NCBI GenBank assembly: GCA_963826785.1 | Contig: CAWGYD010000005.1 | Location: 96,001-160,000 of the forward strand | From: an uncultured delta proteobacterium | GTDB taxonomy: Bacteria > Desulfobacterota > Desulfobacteria > Desulfobacterales > Desulfosalsimonadaceae | Direction: 5' to 3' | Length of the DNA: 64,000 nucleotides | Shown here: positions 30,279 to 39,889 of the stretch, in pieces | How positions within the stretch are numbered: position 1 is the first letter of the stretch | How the letters are laid out: each line of letters starts with the position of its first letter | The notes under the pieces: model-generated | Databases searched by the model: none | Told to the model about the DNA's origin: nothing | The model's input: only the letters and a program-made list of their open reading frames with translations | Position numbers and translations under genes: made by a program

Positions 30279-31469
30279 ATGAAACCGGTAAAGGTGGCCG
30301 AAGGTATATATCAGGTCGGTGTCCTCGATTGGAATATCCGGGATTTTCACGGGTATTCCACGGAGCGGGGCACCAGCTACAATTCCTACCTGATCATGGA
30401 TGAAAAGGTGGTTCTGGTCGATTCGGTGAAAAAGGAATTTGCCGATGAACTGCTGCGAAACATTTCCGAAATTATCGACCCGAAAAAAATCGATCTGGTC
30501 ATCAGCAACCACACGGAGATGGATCATTCCGGCGGCCTGCCCCGGATCATGCACTACATAGGCGAGGACAAGCCCCTGTACTGCTCCAAGATGGGCCAGA
30601 AAAACCTGTCCCTTCATTTTCCCCGGAAATGGAATTTCCATGCGGTTGAGAACGGGGAAACGCTTTCCATCGGAAAACGGACCCTGACCTTTCTGGAAAC
30701 CCGGATGCTGCACTGGCCCGATTCCATGTTCACCTACTCCCAAACAGACGGTATCCTGTTTTCAAGCGATGCCTTCGGACAGCATTATGCCGGATACGAG
30801 ATGTTCGATGACGCGGTCGGTGGGGAAATGATCATGGGCCAGGCCAAAAAATATTTCGCCAACATCCTGCTCCTTTACGCACCAAAGACATTAAAACTCC
30901 TCGAGAAAGTCACCGAACTTTCCCTGGACATCAACATTATCTGCCCGGACCACGGGGTCATCTGGAGAAAAAACCCCGGAAAAATCATCGATGCCTATGT
31001 CCGATGGAGCCGCCAGGATCCCGCACAGAAAGCCGTGGTCATCTATGACACCATGTGGGGGAGCACCCGCTCCATGGCCGAATCCATTGCCGACGGCATC
31101 CACGCCGAGGGAGTGGCGGCGATCCCGATTCATATCCGCAGTTCCCATCGAAGCGACATCATGACCGAGGTGCTCGACGCCCGGGCCGTGGTAATGGGAT
31201 CACCCACCTTGAACAATGGTCTGTTCCCCACGGTCAGCGACGTGCTGACCTATATGAAGGGGTTGAAACCCAGGAACAAACTGGGGGCGGCGTTCGGCTC
31301 CTATGGGTGGAGCGGGGAGGCCATGGGGCTGATCCGGGCGGAAATGGAGGCCATGAAATTTGAACTGGTCGACCCGGGATTGAAAATCCAGTATGTGCCG
31401 GAAGCAGACGGCCAGAGCGACTGTTATGATTTCGGCAGAACCATCGGCCGGGCGGTGAAAGCAAAATAA
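30279..31469 (+). CDS. fprA: Flavodiiron protein (rubredoxin:oxygen oxidoreductase / FprA)
   Basis: GTSYNSY, NHTEMDHSG, LHWPDSM, SDAFGQH, CPDHG, flavodoxin domain AFGSYGWSGE. Confidence 0.95.
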   Translation: MKPVKVAEGIYQVGVLDWNIRDFHGYSTERGTSYNSYLIMDEKVVLVDSVKKEFADELLRNISEIIDPKKIDLVISNHTEMDHSGGLPRIMHYIGEDKPLYCSKMGQKNLSLHFPRKWNFHAVENGETLSIGKRTLTFLETRMLHWPDSMFTYSQTDGILFSSDAFGQHYAGYEMFDDAVGGEMIMGQAKKYFANILLLYAPKTLKLLEKVTELSLDINIICPDHGVIWRKNPGKIIDAYVRWSRQDPAQKAVVIYDTMWGSTRSMAESIADGIHAEGVAAIPIHIRSSHRSDIMTEVLDARAVVMGSPTLNNGLFPTVSDVLTYMKGLKPRNKLGAAFGSYGWSGEAMGLIRAEMEAMKFELVDPGLKIQYVPEADGQSDCYDFGRTIGRAVKAK

Positions 31470-31471
31470 CC

Positions 31472-31663
31472 ATGAAGATACCGGTGGTGGAACTGAGTGA
31501 CTGTATCCTGTGCGGCGTGTGCGAAGAAGTCTGCCCCGCCGTATTCCGGATCAGCGAGGCGGGGTACGTGGAGGTCATCGACCTGTCCGCCTATCCGGAA
31601 GCCGACGTGGACGAAGCCATCAAAAACTGTCCGAAGGACTGCATACAGTGGCAGGAGGTGTAA
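31472..31663 (+). CDS. Ferredoxin (single 4Fe-4S)
   Basis: CILCGVCEEVCP..CPKDCI. Confidence 0.9.
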   Translation: MKIPVVELSDCILCGVCEEVCPAVFRISEAGYVEVIDLSAYPEADVDEAIKNCPKDCIQWQEV

Positions 31664-31669
31664 ACGGCC

Positions 31670-32359
31670 TTGACTTCCCGCCAGGTCAAGAAAGAATTAA
31701 AGCCCCTTCTGCTCTCGGATGATCCTGCCGATTTTATAGACGGGATCTGCCGGATGCGGTTTAAAGAAGCGGTAAACGGCCTGTTTTCATTTCTCTATGA
31801 TACCGATCCAGGGGTGCGCTGGCACGCCGTTGCGGCCATGGGCCGGTTGGTCTCAAGGGCAGCGAAATCGGAAATGGAATCGGCCCGGGTGATCATGCGG
31901 CGTCTGATGTGGAACTTAAATGATGAATCCGGCGGCATCGGATGGGGTTCTCCGGAGGCCATGGGCGAGATCATGGCCCATCACCAGGGTCTTGCCAGAG
32001 AGTTCGCTTTGATCCTGCGTTCCTATATCCGGAAAGACGAAAACTTCATCGAGCATCCGGACCTGCAGAAAGGGGTGTTGTGGGCGATCGGCCGCCTGGC
32101 CGGGCGTTTCCCCCAGTATCTGCCCGAGGCGGATGTACATGTGATCCCGTTTTTGAATTCAAATGATGCCGTGCACCGCGGGTATGCCGCCTGGGCATCA
32201 GGCAATCTGACCAGTTTTGCCGCTGTCGGGCCCTTACTCGAATTGATCGAAGATCAAGATGAAATTGAATTGTTTGAGGATTTGAAGGTGAAAGTTGCAA
32301 AGGTGGGAATTTTGGCCAGAAACGCCCTTGAAAAAATCAAAGCAAATCAGAAGGAGTGA
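31670..32359 (+). CDS. HEAT-repeat protein (DVU0298-like)
   Basis: ESARVIMRRLMWNLNDESGGIGWGSPEAMGEI motif. Confidence 0.75.
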   Translation: MTSRQVKKELKPLLLSDDPADFIDGICRMRFKEAVNGLFSFLYDTDPGVRWHAVAAMGRLVSRAAKSEMESARVIMRRLMWNLNDESGGIGWGSPEAMGEIMAHHQGLAREFALILRSYIRKDENFIEHPDLQKGVLWAIGRLAGRFPQYLPEADVHVIPFLNSNDAVHRGYAAWASGNLTSFAAVGPLLELIEDQDEIELFEDLKVKVAKVGILARNALEKIKANQKE

Positions 32360-32365
32360 TCGATC

Positions 32366-33358
32366 ATGTTTGTTTTAGGTTTGCAGGGGAGTCCGCGCAG
32401 GAAAGGAAATACCCATTTTCTGCTGTCCGCGTTCCTGACGGAAATGGAAAAAAGAGGGGCGGAAACAATGGCCGTCCACGTGCCGGAAAAGAAAATCCGG
32501 CCCTGTACGGGATGCAATGCCTGCGAGCGAAAAGGCGTCTGTTCGCTGCAGGATGACGAAATGAAAGATCTCTATCCGCTGTTTCGCCGCGCCGACATCG
32601 TGGTGGCGGCCACCCCCATCTATTTCTACAATGCCACGGCCCAGCTGAAAATCGTCATCGACCGGTCCCAGACCCTTTGGTCGCGCAAATACAAGCTTGA
32701 CCTTACCGATCCGGGAAGGCCCCATCGCAAGGGGATTCTGCTGTCGCTGGGGGCGACGAAAGGGAAAAACCTGTTTGAGGGGATGCACCTGACGGCCCGC
32801 TACTTTTTTGATGCGGTGGGCGCCGGGTATGCGGGCAGCCTGACCTACTGGCGCATCGAGGAGATCGGGGACATGAAAAACCACCCGGGGGTTCTCGATG
32901 ATGTCGGGCAGCTGGCTGAAAAGGTTGATCCTTTGTTCAAGCGGAAAAAGATTTTATTCGCCTGCCGGGAAAATGCCGGCCGAAGCCAGATGGCAGGCGC
33001 CTTCGCCCGTTTTTATGCCGGGGATAAAATCGACGTGATGACCGCCGGCAGCAGCCCTGCTGCAGCAATCAACCCGCTGATGGTGAAGGTGATGGCGGAA
33101 AAAGGGCTGGATCTGGCTTTTATACAGCCGCAGTCGCTGGATACGGTGCTTTCCAAAACCACCCCTGACATGATCGTCACCATGGGATGCGGGGAAGAGT
33201 GCCCGTTTATTCCCGGCACAAAACGCATGGACTGGGATCTGCCCGACCCGGCCGGCCAGGACGAGGATTTCGTGCGCAGGGTCCGCGACGAAATCGAAGA
33301 GCGGGTGAAACAACTGATTGCCGAAGTTACCGGCACATCACCCCTTGTCGATGCCTGA
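32366..33358 (+). CDS. Iron-sulfur flavoprotein/FMN-reductase domain fused to a LMW-PTP/ArsC-like domain
   Basis: GSPRRKGNT, CTGCNAC..C, ATPIYF; C-terminal FACRENAGRSQMA, TMGCGEECP, WDLPDP. Confidence 0.85.
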   Translation: MFVLGLQGSPRRKGNTHFLLSAFLTEMEKRGAETMAVHVPEKKIRPCTGCNACERKGVCSLQDDEMKDLYPLFRRADIVVAATPIYFYNATAQLKIVIDRSQTLWSRKYKLDLTDPGRPHRKGILLSLGATKGKNLFEGMHLTARYFFDAVGAGYAGSLTYWRIEEIGDMKNHPGVLDDVGQLAEKVDPLFKRKKILFACRENAGRSQMAGAFARFYAGDKIDVMTAGSSPAAAINPLMVKVMAEKGLDLAFIQPQSLDTVLSKTTPDMIVTMGCGEECPFIPGTKRMDWDLPDPAGQDEDFVRRVRDEIEERVKQLIAEVTGTSPLVDA

Positions 33359-33636
33359 CGGACCCGCGAACAGGAATCTGGTCACTCAGGGATCTTTTTG
33401 CCGGCCGGGACAGCTCATCAGCGCTATGCATGAAGTTTGGGCATCGGCGAGCCAGTTGAATCGGTTTTGAAGGCAAAAATCTCCAATTCGCTCTCCAGAT
33501 CCCTGCTCACGTGCCCGTCAGGAGATCGGTCGTTTAAAATTCAGACCATGACCGCTATCCTGAGGTACGCCCATAGGGCTCTCCCGGCGAAACATTGCTC
33601 AGAGTGTAAATGCTTCCTGATGAAGCGGCAAATTCC

Positions 33637-35010
33637 ATGAAAGAAATCGATTCTTCCCGCATTCAGGTGTTAAACGACGGCGACATCCGGGACGGGTCGT
33701 ATGTGCTTTACTGGATGCAGCAGTCCCAGCGGGTGCAATTTAATCATGCCCTGGCCTATGCCGTCGAACTGGCCGACCATTATCAGAAATCGGTCTTGGC
33801 TGCTTTTGTTGTCGATCCGGACTATCCTGAAGCCAACCACCGCCACTTCCGGTTCATGCTGGAAGGGATCATGGAAGTGCGCCAACAGCTGAAAGATCTT
33901 GGCATTCAACTGGTGCTGCGGGTGGGCAGTCCGCCGGAGGTCATCGGAAATATGGCCCCCGCGTGCGCCATGGTGGTGTGCGACCGGGGGTACCTCCGGC
34001 ATCAGATCAAATGGCGCGCCGCACTTGCGGAAAATTCCCCCTGCCGGGTGGTCCAGGTGGAAAGCGATGCGGTCGTACCCGTAGAAACCGCTTCAACGAA
34101 GGCGGAATATGCCGCAAGGACCCTGCGTCCCAAAATTACCCGGCAGCTGGACCGCTATTTGAAACCCATCCGTATTTTTCCCCCGAAAAGATCTTCCCTG
34201 GATCTGGATGTCAAAAGTATTTCCATCGGCGGCTTGGACGATTTCATCGATTCGTTAAAAATCGATATGAGCGTCTCCCCGGTCACCCGGTTTTACAAGG
34301 GGGGCCCCTCAAGGGCCGAGCAGGTTTTCACATCGTTTCTGAAGCATAATCTCAATTACTATCCGGATGATCACAACCAGCCCCAGAAGGATTCCATGTC
34401 CCACATGAGCATGTACCTTCATTTCGGCCAGGTTTCTTCCCTGGATCTGGCCCTGAGGGTAAAAGATGCGGGCGCCGTTTCCGAATCGGCCCGGGAAGCC
34501 TATCTGGAGCAGTTGATCGTACGCCGCGAACTGGCGGTAAATCTTGTCTTCCATAAATCTGATTATGATCGCTACGCCTCTATTCCGGGGTGGGCCGGGG
34601 AAACCCTGGATCAGCATCGCGGGGACAGGCGTGAGCACCTATACCGTGCCGAAGAACTCGAAAACGGACAAACCCATGATCCTTACTGGAATGCCGCCAT
34701 GGGGGAAATGGCTGTGACCGGATACATGCACAATTACATGCGCATGTACTGGGGAAAGAAAATCCTGGAGTGGTCCGAATCGCCCGAAGCCGCATACCAG
34801 TCCATGCTGTATTTGAATAATAAATATTTTGTCGACGGCCGGGACCCCAATTCATATGCGGGCGTCGGCTGGATTTTCGGGCTCCATGACCGGGCCTGGA
34901 AGGAACGCGGGGTGTACGGTAAGATCCGGTACATGGCCGCCTCGGGTCTTGAGCGAAAATGCGATATCGGGGCCTATGTCGACCGGATCGGCCGGCTGGC
35001 CGGGAAGTAG
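33637..35010 (+). CDS. phr: Deoxyribodipyrimidine photolyase, class II
   Basis: VLYWMQ, EYAARTLRPKI, YLHFGQVS, GYMHNYMRMYWGKKILEW, DGRDPNSY, YGKIRYM. Confidence 0.93.
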   Translation: MKEIDSSRIQVLNDGDIRDGSYVLYWMQQSQRVQFNHALAYAVELADHYQKSVLAAFVVDPDYPEANHRHFRFMLEGIMEVRQQLKDLGIQLVLRVGSPPEVIGNMAPACAMVVCDRGYLRHQIKWRAALAENSPCRVVQVESDAVVPVETASTKAEYAARTLRPKITRQLDRYLKPIRIFPPKRSSLDLDVKSISIGGLDDFIDSLKIDMSVSPVTRFYKGGPSRAEQVFTSFLKHNLNYYPDDHNQPQKDSMSHMSMYLHFGQVSSLDLALRVKDAGAVSESAREAYLEQLIVRRELAVNLVFHKSDYDRYASIPGWAGETLDQHRGDRREHLYRAEELENGQTHDPYWNAAMGEMAVTGYMHNYMRMYWGKKILEWSESPEAAYQSMLYLNNKYFVDGRDPNSYAGVGWIFGLHDRAWKERGVYGKIRYMAASGLERKCDIGAYVDRIGRLAGK

Positions 35011-35098
35011 CGGTGCATTTGACATTTTGGGATATATTTTTACTTTACATAAAGCAACTGATGTCAACCCGGCATATTTGAATTAAGGATAAGAAAAG

Positions 35099-35650
35099 AT
35101 GAATTATTGCGCCCACTGCGGTAAGCCCATCAGCTGGAAAACGCCCGAAGGTGATGACCGGGAGCGTTTTGTCTGCGAATCCTGTGATATTGTCTATTAT
35201 CAGAATCCGAAAATGGTGGTCGGCTGTCTTCCCGTGTGGGAGAACAAGATCCTGCTGATCCGCCGGGGCATCGAACCGAGGCACGGCAAATGGACCCTGC
35301 CGGCCGGGTATCTTGAAAACGGGGAAACCGTCATAGAGGGAGCCGCCCGGGAAACCCTGGAAGAATCCGGGGCCCGGGTGGCGCAGCTGGAGCCTTATAC
35401 CCTGTATCATGTGTTTCCCATCAACCAGATCTACATGATTTTCAGGGCGCAGCTGTCGAACATGGAATTTACCGTCGGCCCCGAAAGCTCAAGCGTCCGG
35501 CTTTTTGAAGAATCGGATATTCCCTGGGACGAACTGGCCTTCAAGGTGGTTGAAAAAACCCTCCGGCAATATTTCATAGACTTGCCCCACAACCTTTTTC
35601 CTTTCCATATCGGCGATATCCACTTAGATCCCAAATTGATGAGCCATTGA
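35099..35650 (+). CDS. Nudix hydrolase with N-terminal zinc ribbon
   Basis: YCAHCG..CESC..YQNPK; Nudix box [22 protein letters not shown]. Confidence 0.92.
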   Translation: MNYCAHCGKPISWKTPEGDDRERFVCESCDIVYYQNPKMVVGCLPVWENKILLIRRGIEPRHGKWTLPAGYLENGETVIEGAARETLEESGARVAQLEPYTLYHVFPINQIYMIFRAQLSNMEFTVGPESSSVRLFEESDIPWDELAFKVVEKTLRQYFIDLPHNLFPFHIGDIHLDPKLMSH

Positions 35651-35700
35651 TCATATTTACGCCCTGATTTCTTCTTCGGCAAACCATATGCGATTCTGCC

Positions 35701-35730
35701 TTGACATGGGATTTTTGCAGGGTCTATTAT
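35701..35730 (+). promoter_or_regulatory. Candidate sigma70 promoter of the hdr cluster
   Basis: TTGACA-18 nt-TATTAT, about 95 nt upstream of hdrC. Confidence 0.55.
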
Positions 35731-35824
35731 GAGCATTTGCTGAAAACTCGGGGGTGAATCGATTTATGGATTGACCTGCCGGATCGAATCCATATTTTAT
35801 GGGTTCAAACTATGGAATATTTAG

Positions 35825-36364
35825 ATGGATGATTTAAAACTCCGACAGGAACTGCTTGAAACCATCAGCGGGAAAAAGATTTCCGGCTGTATCCAGTGCG
35901 GTACCTGCAGCGCCTCCTGCCCGTTTGCACACCTGATGGATCATGCCCCGCGCGAACTCTTTGCGCTGGCGCGCGACGGAGAGATGGCGGTGGTTCTTTC
36001 TTCGAATACCCCCTGGTTCTGTGTTTCCTGCTACCAGTGCATGTCCAGGTGCCCCCGGCAGATCCCGGTGACGGACATCATGTACACCTTGAAACAGATG
36101 GCCCACCGATACGGCAGTGTTCCGCCGGTCCATAAAATGCCCGATATGTACAGGCTGTTCAAAAGCGAGGTGGTGCGGAAAGGGCGGGTCAACGGAACAC
36201 TTTTGATGGGCCGCTACGGTATGGTGCATCCCGGCGACATGATGGGCAAGATCGGCATCGGGCTTTCACTGCTTAAGAAAAGGCGTGTGGATCTCAAATC
36301 CGAAAAAATACGCCGGCCGGGTCATCTTGGCTGCCTGCTGGAAAAAGGAAAAGACGGGAAATGA
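35825..36364 (+). CDS. hdrC: Heterodisulfide reductase subunit C-like
   Basis: CIQCGTCSASCP, WFCVSCYQCMSRCP. Confidence 0.9.
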   Translation: MDDLKLRQELLETISGKKISGCIQCGTCSASCPFAHLMDHAPRELFALARDGEMAVVLSSNTPWFCVSCYQCMSRCPRQIPVTDIMYTLKQMAHRYGSVPPVHKMPDMYRLFKSEVVRKGRVNGTLLMGRYGMVHPGDMMGKIGIGLSLLKKRRVDLKSEKIRRPGHLGCLLEKGKDGK

Positions 36365-37212
36365 AATACGGATTCTATCCCGGATGCGCCTTTCAGACCG
36401 AGTCCGGGTGCAAGGCCTCGGTGGAGGCGGTTTCACGGCATGCCGGCATCGAGCTCAATTATCTGGATGACTGGAACTGCTGCGGGGCCACGGTGGCGGT
36501 AAGCCTTAGTGAAAATGACGGCCTGGTCCTTCCGGCGCGCAATTTCGCGCTGGCTTCCCGCCAGGGGCTGGACACACTGATTACCACCTGCAATGCCTGC
36601 TATACCTCACTGAAAAAAGCGCACAAAATGATTTCCAAATCCCCTGCCGTTTGCGAGCGCATCAACCATCAACTGGCCGGACAGGGGCTTGCGATCGAGC
36701 GGCTCCCCGAGGTCCGGCACCTGCTGGATGTTCTGGTCCATGATATACCCGAAACCACCTGGAATATGCGCCGGGAAACAGGGCCGGTGCAGGTGGCCGC
36801 GTATTATGGCTGCCAATTCACCCGGCCCTGGGAGGACCTGGGCCATCCCGAGCGGCCGGACGTCATGGAGACGTTTTTTTCGCGGCTCGGCTTAGCGGTG
36901 GTGGACCATTCGGCCAGAACCCTGTGCTGCGGTGCTTCCCATTTCTTCCCCTATGAGAGCGACTGCCTGCCGCTCATCGGACGGATCATCGGGGAGATGA
37001 GGCGAAAAGGCGCGCAGGTGATCGGCACCATCTGCCCCATGTGCCAGTTGAACCTGGAGGCGGCACAGGCCAAACTGCCCGGAAAGCCCCTCCCGGTCCT
37101 GTATTTTACCCAGCTGGCCGGACTGGCGCTGGGCATGGACCCGGAAAGTCTGGATATTCAGAAACTCGTCATTCCCGCAGATGAATACCTGAAAGCGTTT
37201 AAACGGATTTGA
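36361..37212 (+). CDS. hdrB: Heterodisulfide reductase subunit B-like
   Basis: Two CCG domains: YPGC..WNCCGA..CNAC and YYGC..CCGA..CPMC. Confidence 0.92.
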   Translation: MKYGFYPGCAFQTESGCKASVEAVSRHAGIELNYLDDWNCCGATVAVSLSENDGLVLPARNFALASRQGLDTLITTCNACYTSLKKAHKMISKSPAVCERINHQLAGQGLAIERLPEVRHLLDVLVHDIPETTWNMRRETGPVQVAAYYGCQFTRPWEDLGHPERPDVMETFFSRLGLAVVDHSARTLCCGASHFFPYESDCLPLIGRIIGEMRRKGAQVIGTICPMCQLNLEAAQAKLPGKPLPVLYFTQLAGLALGMDPESLDIQKLVIPADEYLKAFKRI

Positions 37213-39179
37213 TGATGAGCGAAACCATCAGAATCGGCGTATATGTCTGCCACTGCGGCACGAATATCTCCCCCCGGGTGGATGTGGCCGCCCTTTCGGA
37301 ATTTGCCGGCACCCTTGATCATGTGGCGGTATCCCGGGATTACAAGTTCATGTGCTCTGCGCCGGGGCAGGAATTTATCGTAAACGATATCCATGAAAAA
37401 GGGCTGAACCGGGTGGTAGTGGCTTCCTGCTCGCCCCGGATGCACGAACCCACCTTCCGCAGGGCCTGCGAGAAGGCCGGCATCAACGCGCATTACTTTC
37501 AGATGGCCAACATCCGGGAGCAGGCCTCCTGGGTGACCACGGATTCCGCCGAAGCCACCCAAAAAGCAAAGGCCGCCGTGTCCGCCGCCGTTGCCCGGGT
37601 GGCATTTCACACGCCCTTATCCAGCCGGGAAGTCCCGGTGAAAAAATCGGTCCTGGTGGTGGGCGGCGGCATCGCGGGCATCCAGGCGGCCATAACGGCA
37701 GCGGAGGCCGGTTACCAGGTGTTTCTGGTGGAGCGGGAGCCCTCCATCGGCGGCAACATGGCCAAATTCGACAAGACCTTTCCCTCCCTGGATTGCGCGG
37801 CCTGTATCATGACCCCGAAGATGGTGGAAGTCAGCCAGCATGAAAATATCGAACTGATGACCTTCAGTGAAGTGGCGGCCCTCGAGGGGTTTGTGGGCAA
37901 TTTCAAGGTGCGGGTGCGCCACAAGCCCAGGTTCGTCGATGCCGGAAAATGTACGGGGTGCGGCATCTGTTCGGAAAAATGCCCGGCAAAAGCCCCTTCC
38001 GAGTTCGATCATCATCTGAGTGTCCGCAAGGCGATCTATTCCCCCTTTCCCCAGGCCGTGCCGAAAACACCGGTAATCGATATTGAAAATTGCATCTATT
38101 TCAAGAAAGGCCGCTGCCGGGCCTGCGAGAAATTCTGCGAAGCCGGGGCCGTTGATTTCAACCAGGCAGAGACGTTTTCGGACATCGAGGTGGGGGCGGT
38201 GATCCTGGCCACCGGTTTCAAGGCGTTTGACCCCGCCCCCATGGTCTCCTACGGGTATGGCATTTTCCCGGAAGTATATACCAGCCTGGAGTTTGAGCGC
38301 TTAAACAACGCCACCGGCCCCACCGCCGGGGCCATACGGACAAAGGACGGCAAAACCCCGAAGCGGGTGGCCATCGTTCATTGTGTCGGCTCCCGGGACT
38401 TGCGCCACCATGCCTACTGCTCCCGGGTGTGCTGCATGTATTCCATGAAATTCGCCCACCTGGTGCGGGAGAAGACCGGGGCCGAAGTATGGGAATTCTA
38501 CATCGATATCCGCTCACCCGGCAAGGCGTATGAGGAATTTTACAACCGGGTGCAGGAAGAGGGGGTTCACCTGGTCCGGGGCCGGGTGGCCGAGGTCACC
38601 GACATTTTCGACAACCCGGCTGATGAGGGCCGGCTCACCGTGGTGGCGGAAAATACCCTGACCCGCAGGACCCTGCGCATACCCGTGGACATGGTGATCC
38701 TGGGGGTGGGACTGGAACCGGCGGACGGCGCGGACGACATGGGCCGGCTCATGGGGGTGCAGCGGGATGCGGACGGGTGGTTCAACGAACTGCACGTGAA
38801 GCTCGCCCCGGTAAAAACCGCCATGAACGGCATATTTCTCGCCGGGTGCTGCCAGGGGCCCAAGGACATCCCGGACACGGTGGCCCAGGCATCGGCCGCG
38901 GCCGGGGAGGCGGTGTCCCTGCTGTCGAAGGGGACCGTGACCACCCGGGCGGAGGTTTCCTTTATCGACCCGGACCTGTGTTCGGGCTGCCGGACCTGTA
39001 TCTCGGTCTGCCCTTATTCGGCCATCTCCATGGACGAGAAGCAAAATGTGGCCGTGGTCAATGAAGCCCTCTGCCAGGGATGCGGCAGCTGCGCCGCGGC
39101 CTGCCCCGGCAGCGCGGCCTCGGTGCGCCATTTCACCGACAGACAGGTCATGGCCGAGTTGGAGGGGATTTTCCCGTGA
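37212..39179 (+). CDS. hdrA: Heterodisulfide reductase subunit A (FAD, electron-bifurcating type)
   Basis: RIGVYVCHCG, ASCSPRMHE, GGGIAG, DKTFPSLDCAACI, CVGSRD..CSRVCCMYSMK, inserted and C-terminal ferredoxin motifs. Confidence 0.96.
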   Translation: MMSETIRIGVYVCHCGTNISPRVDVAALSEFAGTLDHVAVSRDYKFMCSAPGQEFIVNDIHEKGLNRVVVASCSPRMHEPTFRRACEKAGINAHYFQMANIREQASWVTTDSAEATQKAKAAVSAAVARVAFHTPLSSREVPVKKSVLVVGGGIAGIQAAITAAEAGYQVFLVEREPSIGGNMAKFDKTFPSLDCAACIMTPKMVEVSQHENIELMTFSEVAALEGFVGNFKVRVRHKPRFVDAGKCTGCGICSEKCPAKAPSEFDHHLSVRKAIYSPFPQAVPKTPVIDIENCIYFKKGRCRACEKFCEAGAVDFNQAETFSDIEVGAVILATGFKAFDPAPMVSYGYGIFPEVYTSLEFERLNNATGPTAGAIRTKDGKTPKRVAIVHCVGSRDLRHHAYCSRVCCMYSMKFAHLVREKTGAEVWEFYIDIRSPGKAYEEFYNRVQEEGVHLVRGRVAEVTDIFDNPADEGRLTVVAENTLTRRTLRIPVDMVILGVGLEPADGADDMGRLMGVQRDADGWFNELHVKLAPVKTAMNGIFLAGCCQGPKDIPDTVAQASAAAGEAVSLLSKGTVTTRAEVSFIDPDLCSGCRTCISVCPYSAISMDEKQNVAVVNEALCQGCGSCAAACPGSAASVRHFTDRQVMAELEGIFP

Positions 39180-39229
39180 TTTTGAAAAGAGACATGCTCT
39201 TTAAAGATCAACTAAATCGATGTTTTTAT

Positions 39230-39297
39230 CGTCACCCCGGCGGAGGCCGGGGTCCAGAACGGCTGAACATCTGGATTCCGGCCTCCGCTGGAAGGAC
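39230..39297. repeat. GTCA-type REP-like double palindrome
   Basis: CGTCACCCCGGCGGAGGCCGGGGTCCAG...CTGGATTCCGGCCTCCGCTGGAAGGAC (imperfect inverted pair, each half palindromic). Confidence 0.75.
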
Positions 39298-39322
39298 AAA
39301 TGCTTTGGTACGAGGCGAAGAA

Positions 39323-39745
39323 ATGACTGAATATGAACCCAAGATCATTGCCATGGTGTGCAACTGGTGCACCTACACCGCGGCGGACCTGGCCGGCACC
39401 TCGCGGCTTTCGTATCCGTCCAATGTGCGGATCATCCGGCTGATGTGCACCGGCATGATCGATGTGAAGCACATCATCAAGGCCTTCCTGGAAGGGGCGG
39501 ACGGCGTTTTCATCGGCGGATGCCACCCCGGGGACTGCCACTACATCAACGGCAATTTGAAAGCCGAAAAGCGGATCAGGGGCGTGGGCAAGATCCTGGC
39601 GCAGTTCGGGTTTGATGCCGGCCGCCTGGAACTCCAATGGATCGGCGCCAGCGAAGGGCCGGAGTTTCAGCGCCACATGACCCGGTTCGTGGAACATATC
39701 AGGGAACTGGGACCCAGCCAGACACAGGACAGAATGATCTTGTAG
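39323..39745 (+). CDS. mvhD: MvhD/FlxD-type [2Fe-2S] subunit
   Basis: CNWCTYTAADLAG, RLMCTG, GADGV..GCHPGDCHY, WIGASEG. Confidence 0.93.
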   Translation: MTEYEPKIIAMVCNWCTYTAADLAGTSRLSYPSNVRIIRLMCTGMIDVKHIIKAFLEGADGVFIGGCHPGDCHYINGNLKAEKRIRGVGKILAQFGFDAGRLELQWIGASEGPEFQRHMTRFVEHIRELGPSQTQDRMIL

Positions 39746-39824
39746 GCGATCAATGAATACATAATTGTTTACCAGCTTGAGGTAGAGATTTTCCCAATAT
39801 TCTATAAATTGTCCCGAAGCCTCC

Positions 39825-39858
39825 ATTCCCCCCTTGAGGGGGGATAAAGGGGGGTGTT
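39825..39858 (+). repeat. 34-bp REP-like palindrome, copy 2
   Basis: ATTCCCCCCTTGAGGGGGGATAAAGGGGGGTGTT; 31/34 identical to the copy at 25579-25612. Confidence 0.8.
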
Positions 39859-39889
39859 GGGGCTGATCGAGCAAAGTATGGATTAATCC

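Noticed and set aside
33360..33630. 270-bp intergenic region as a hidden gene or RNA
   Set aside because: Short ORFs lack an RBS and motifs, and I could not see convincing structure
37212..39745. Selenocysteine in HdrA (DCAAC) or MvhD (CNWC, CHPGDC)
   Set aside because: All these positions are TGC/TGT codons and the ORFs are uninterrupted
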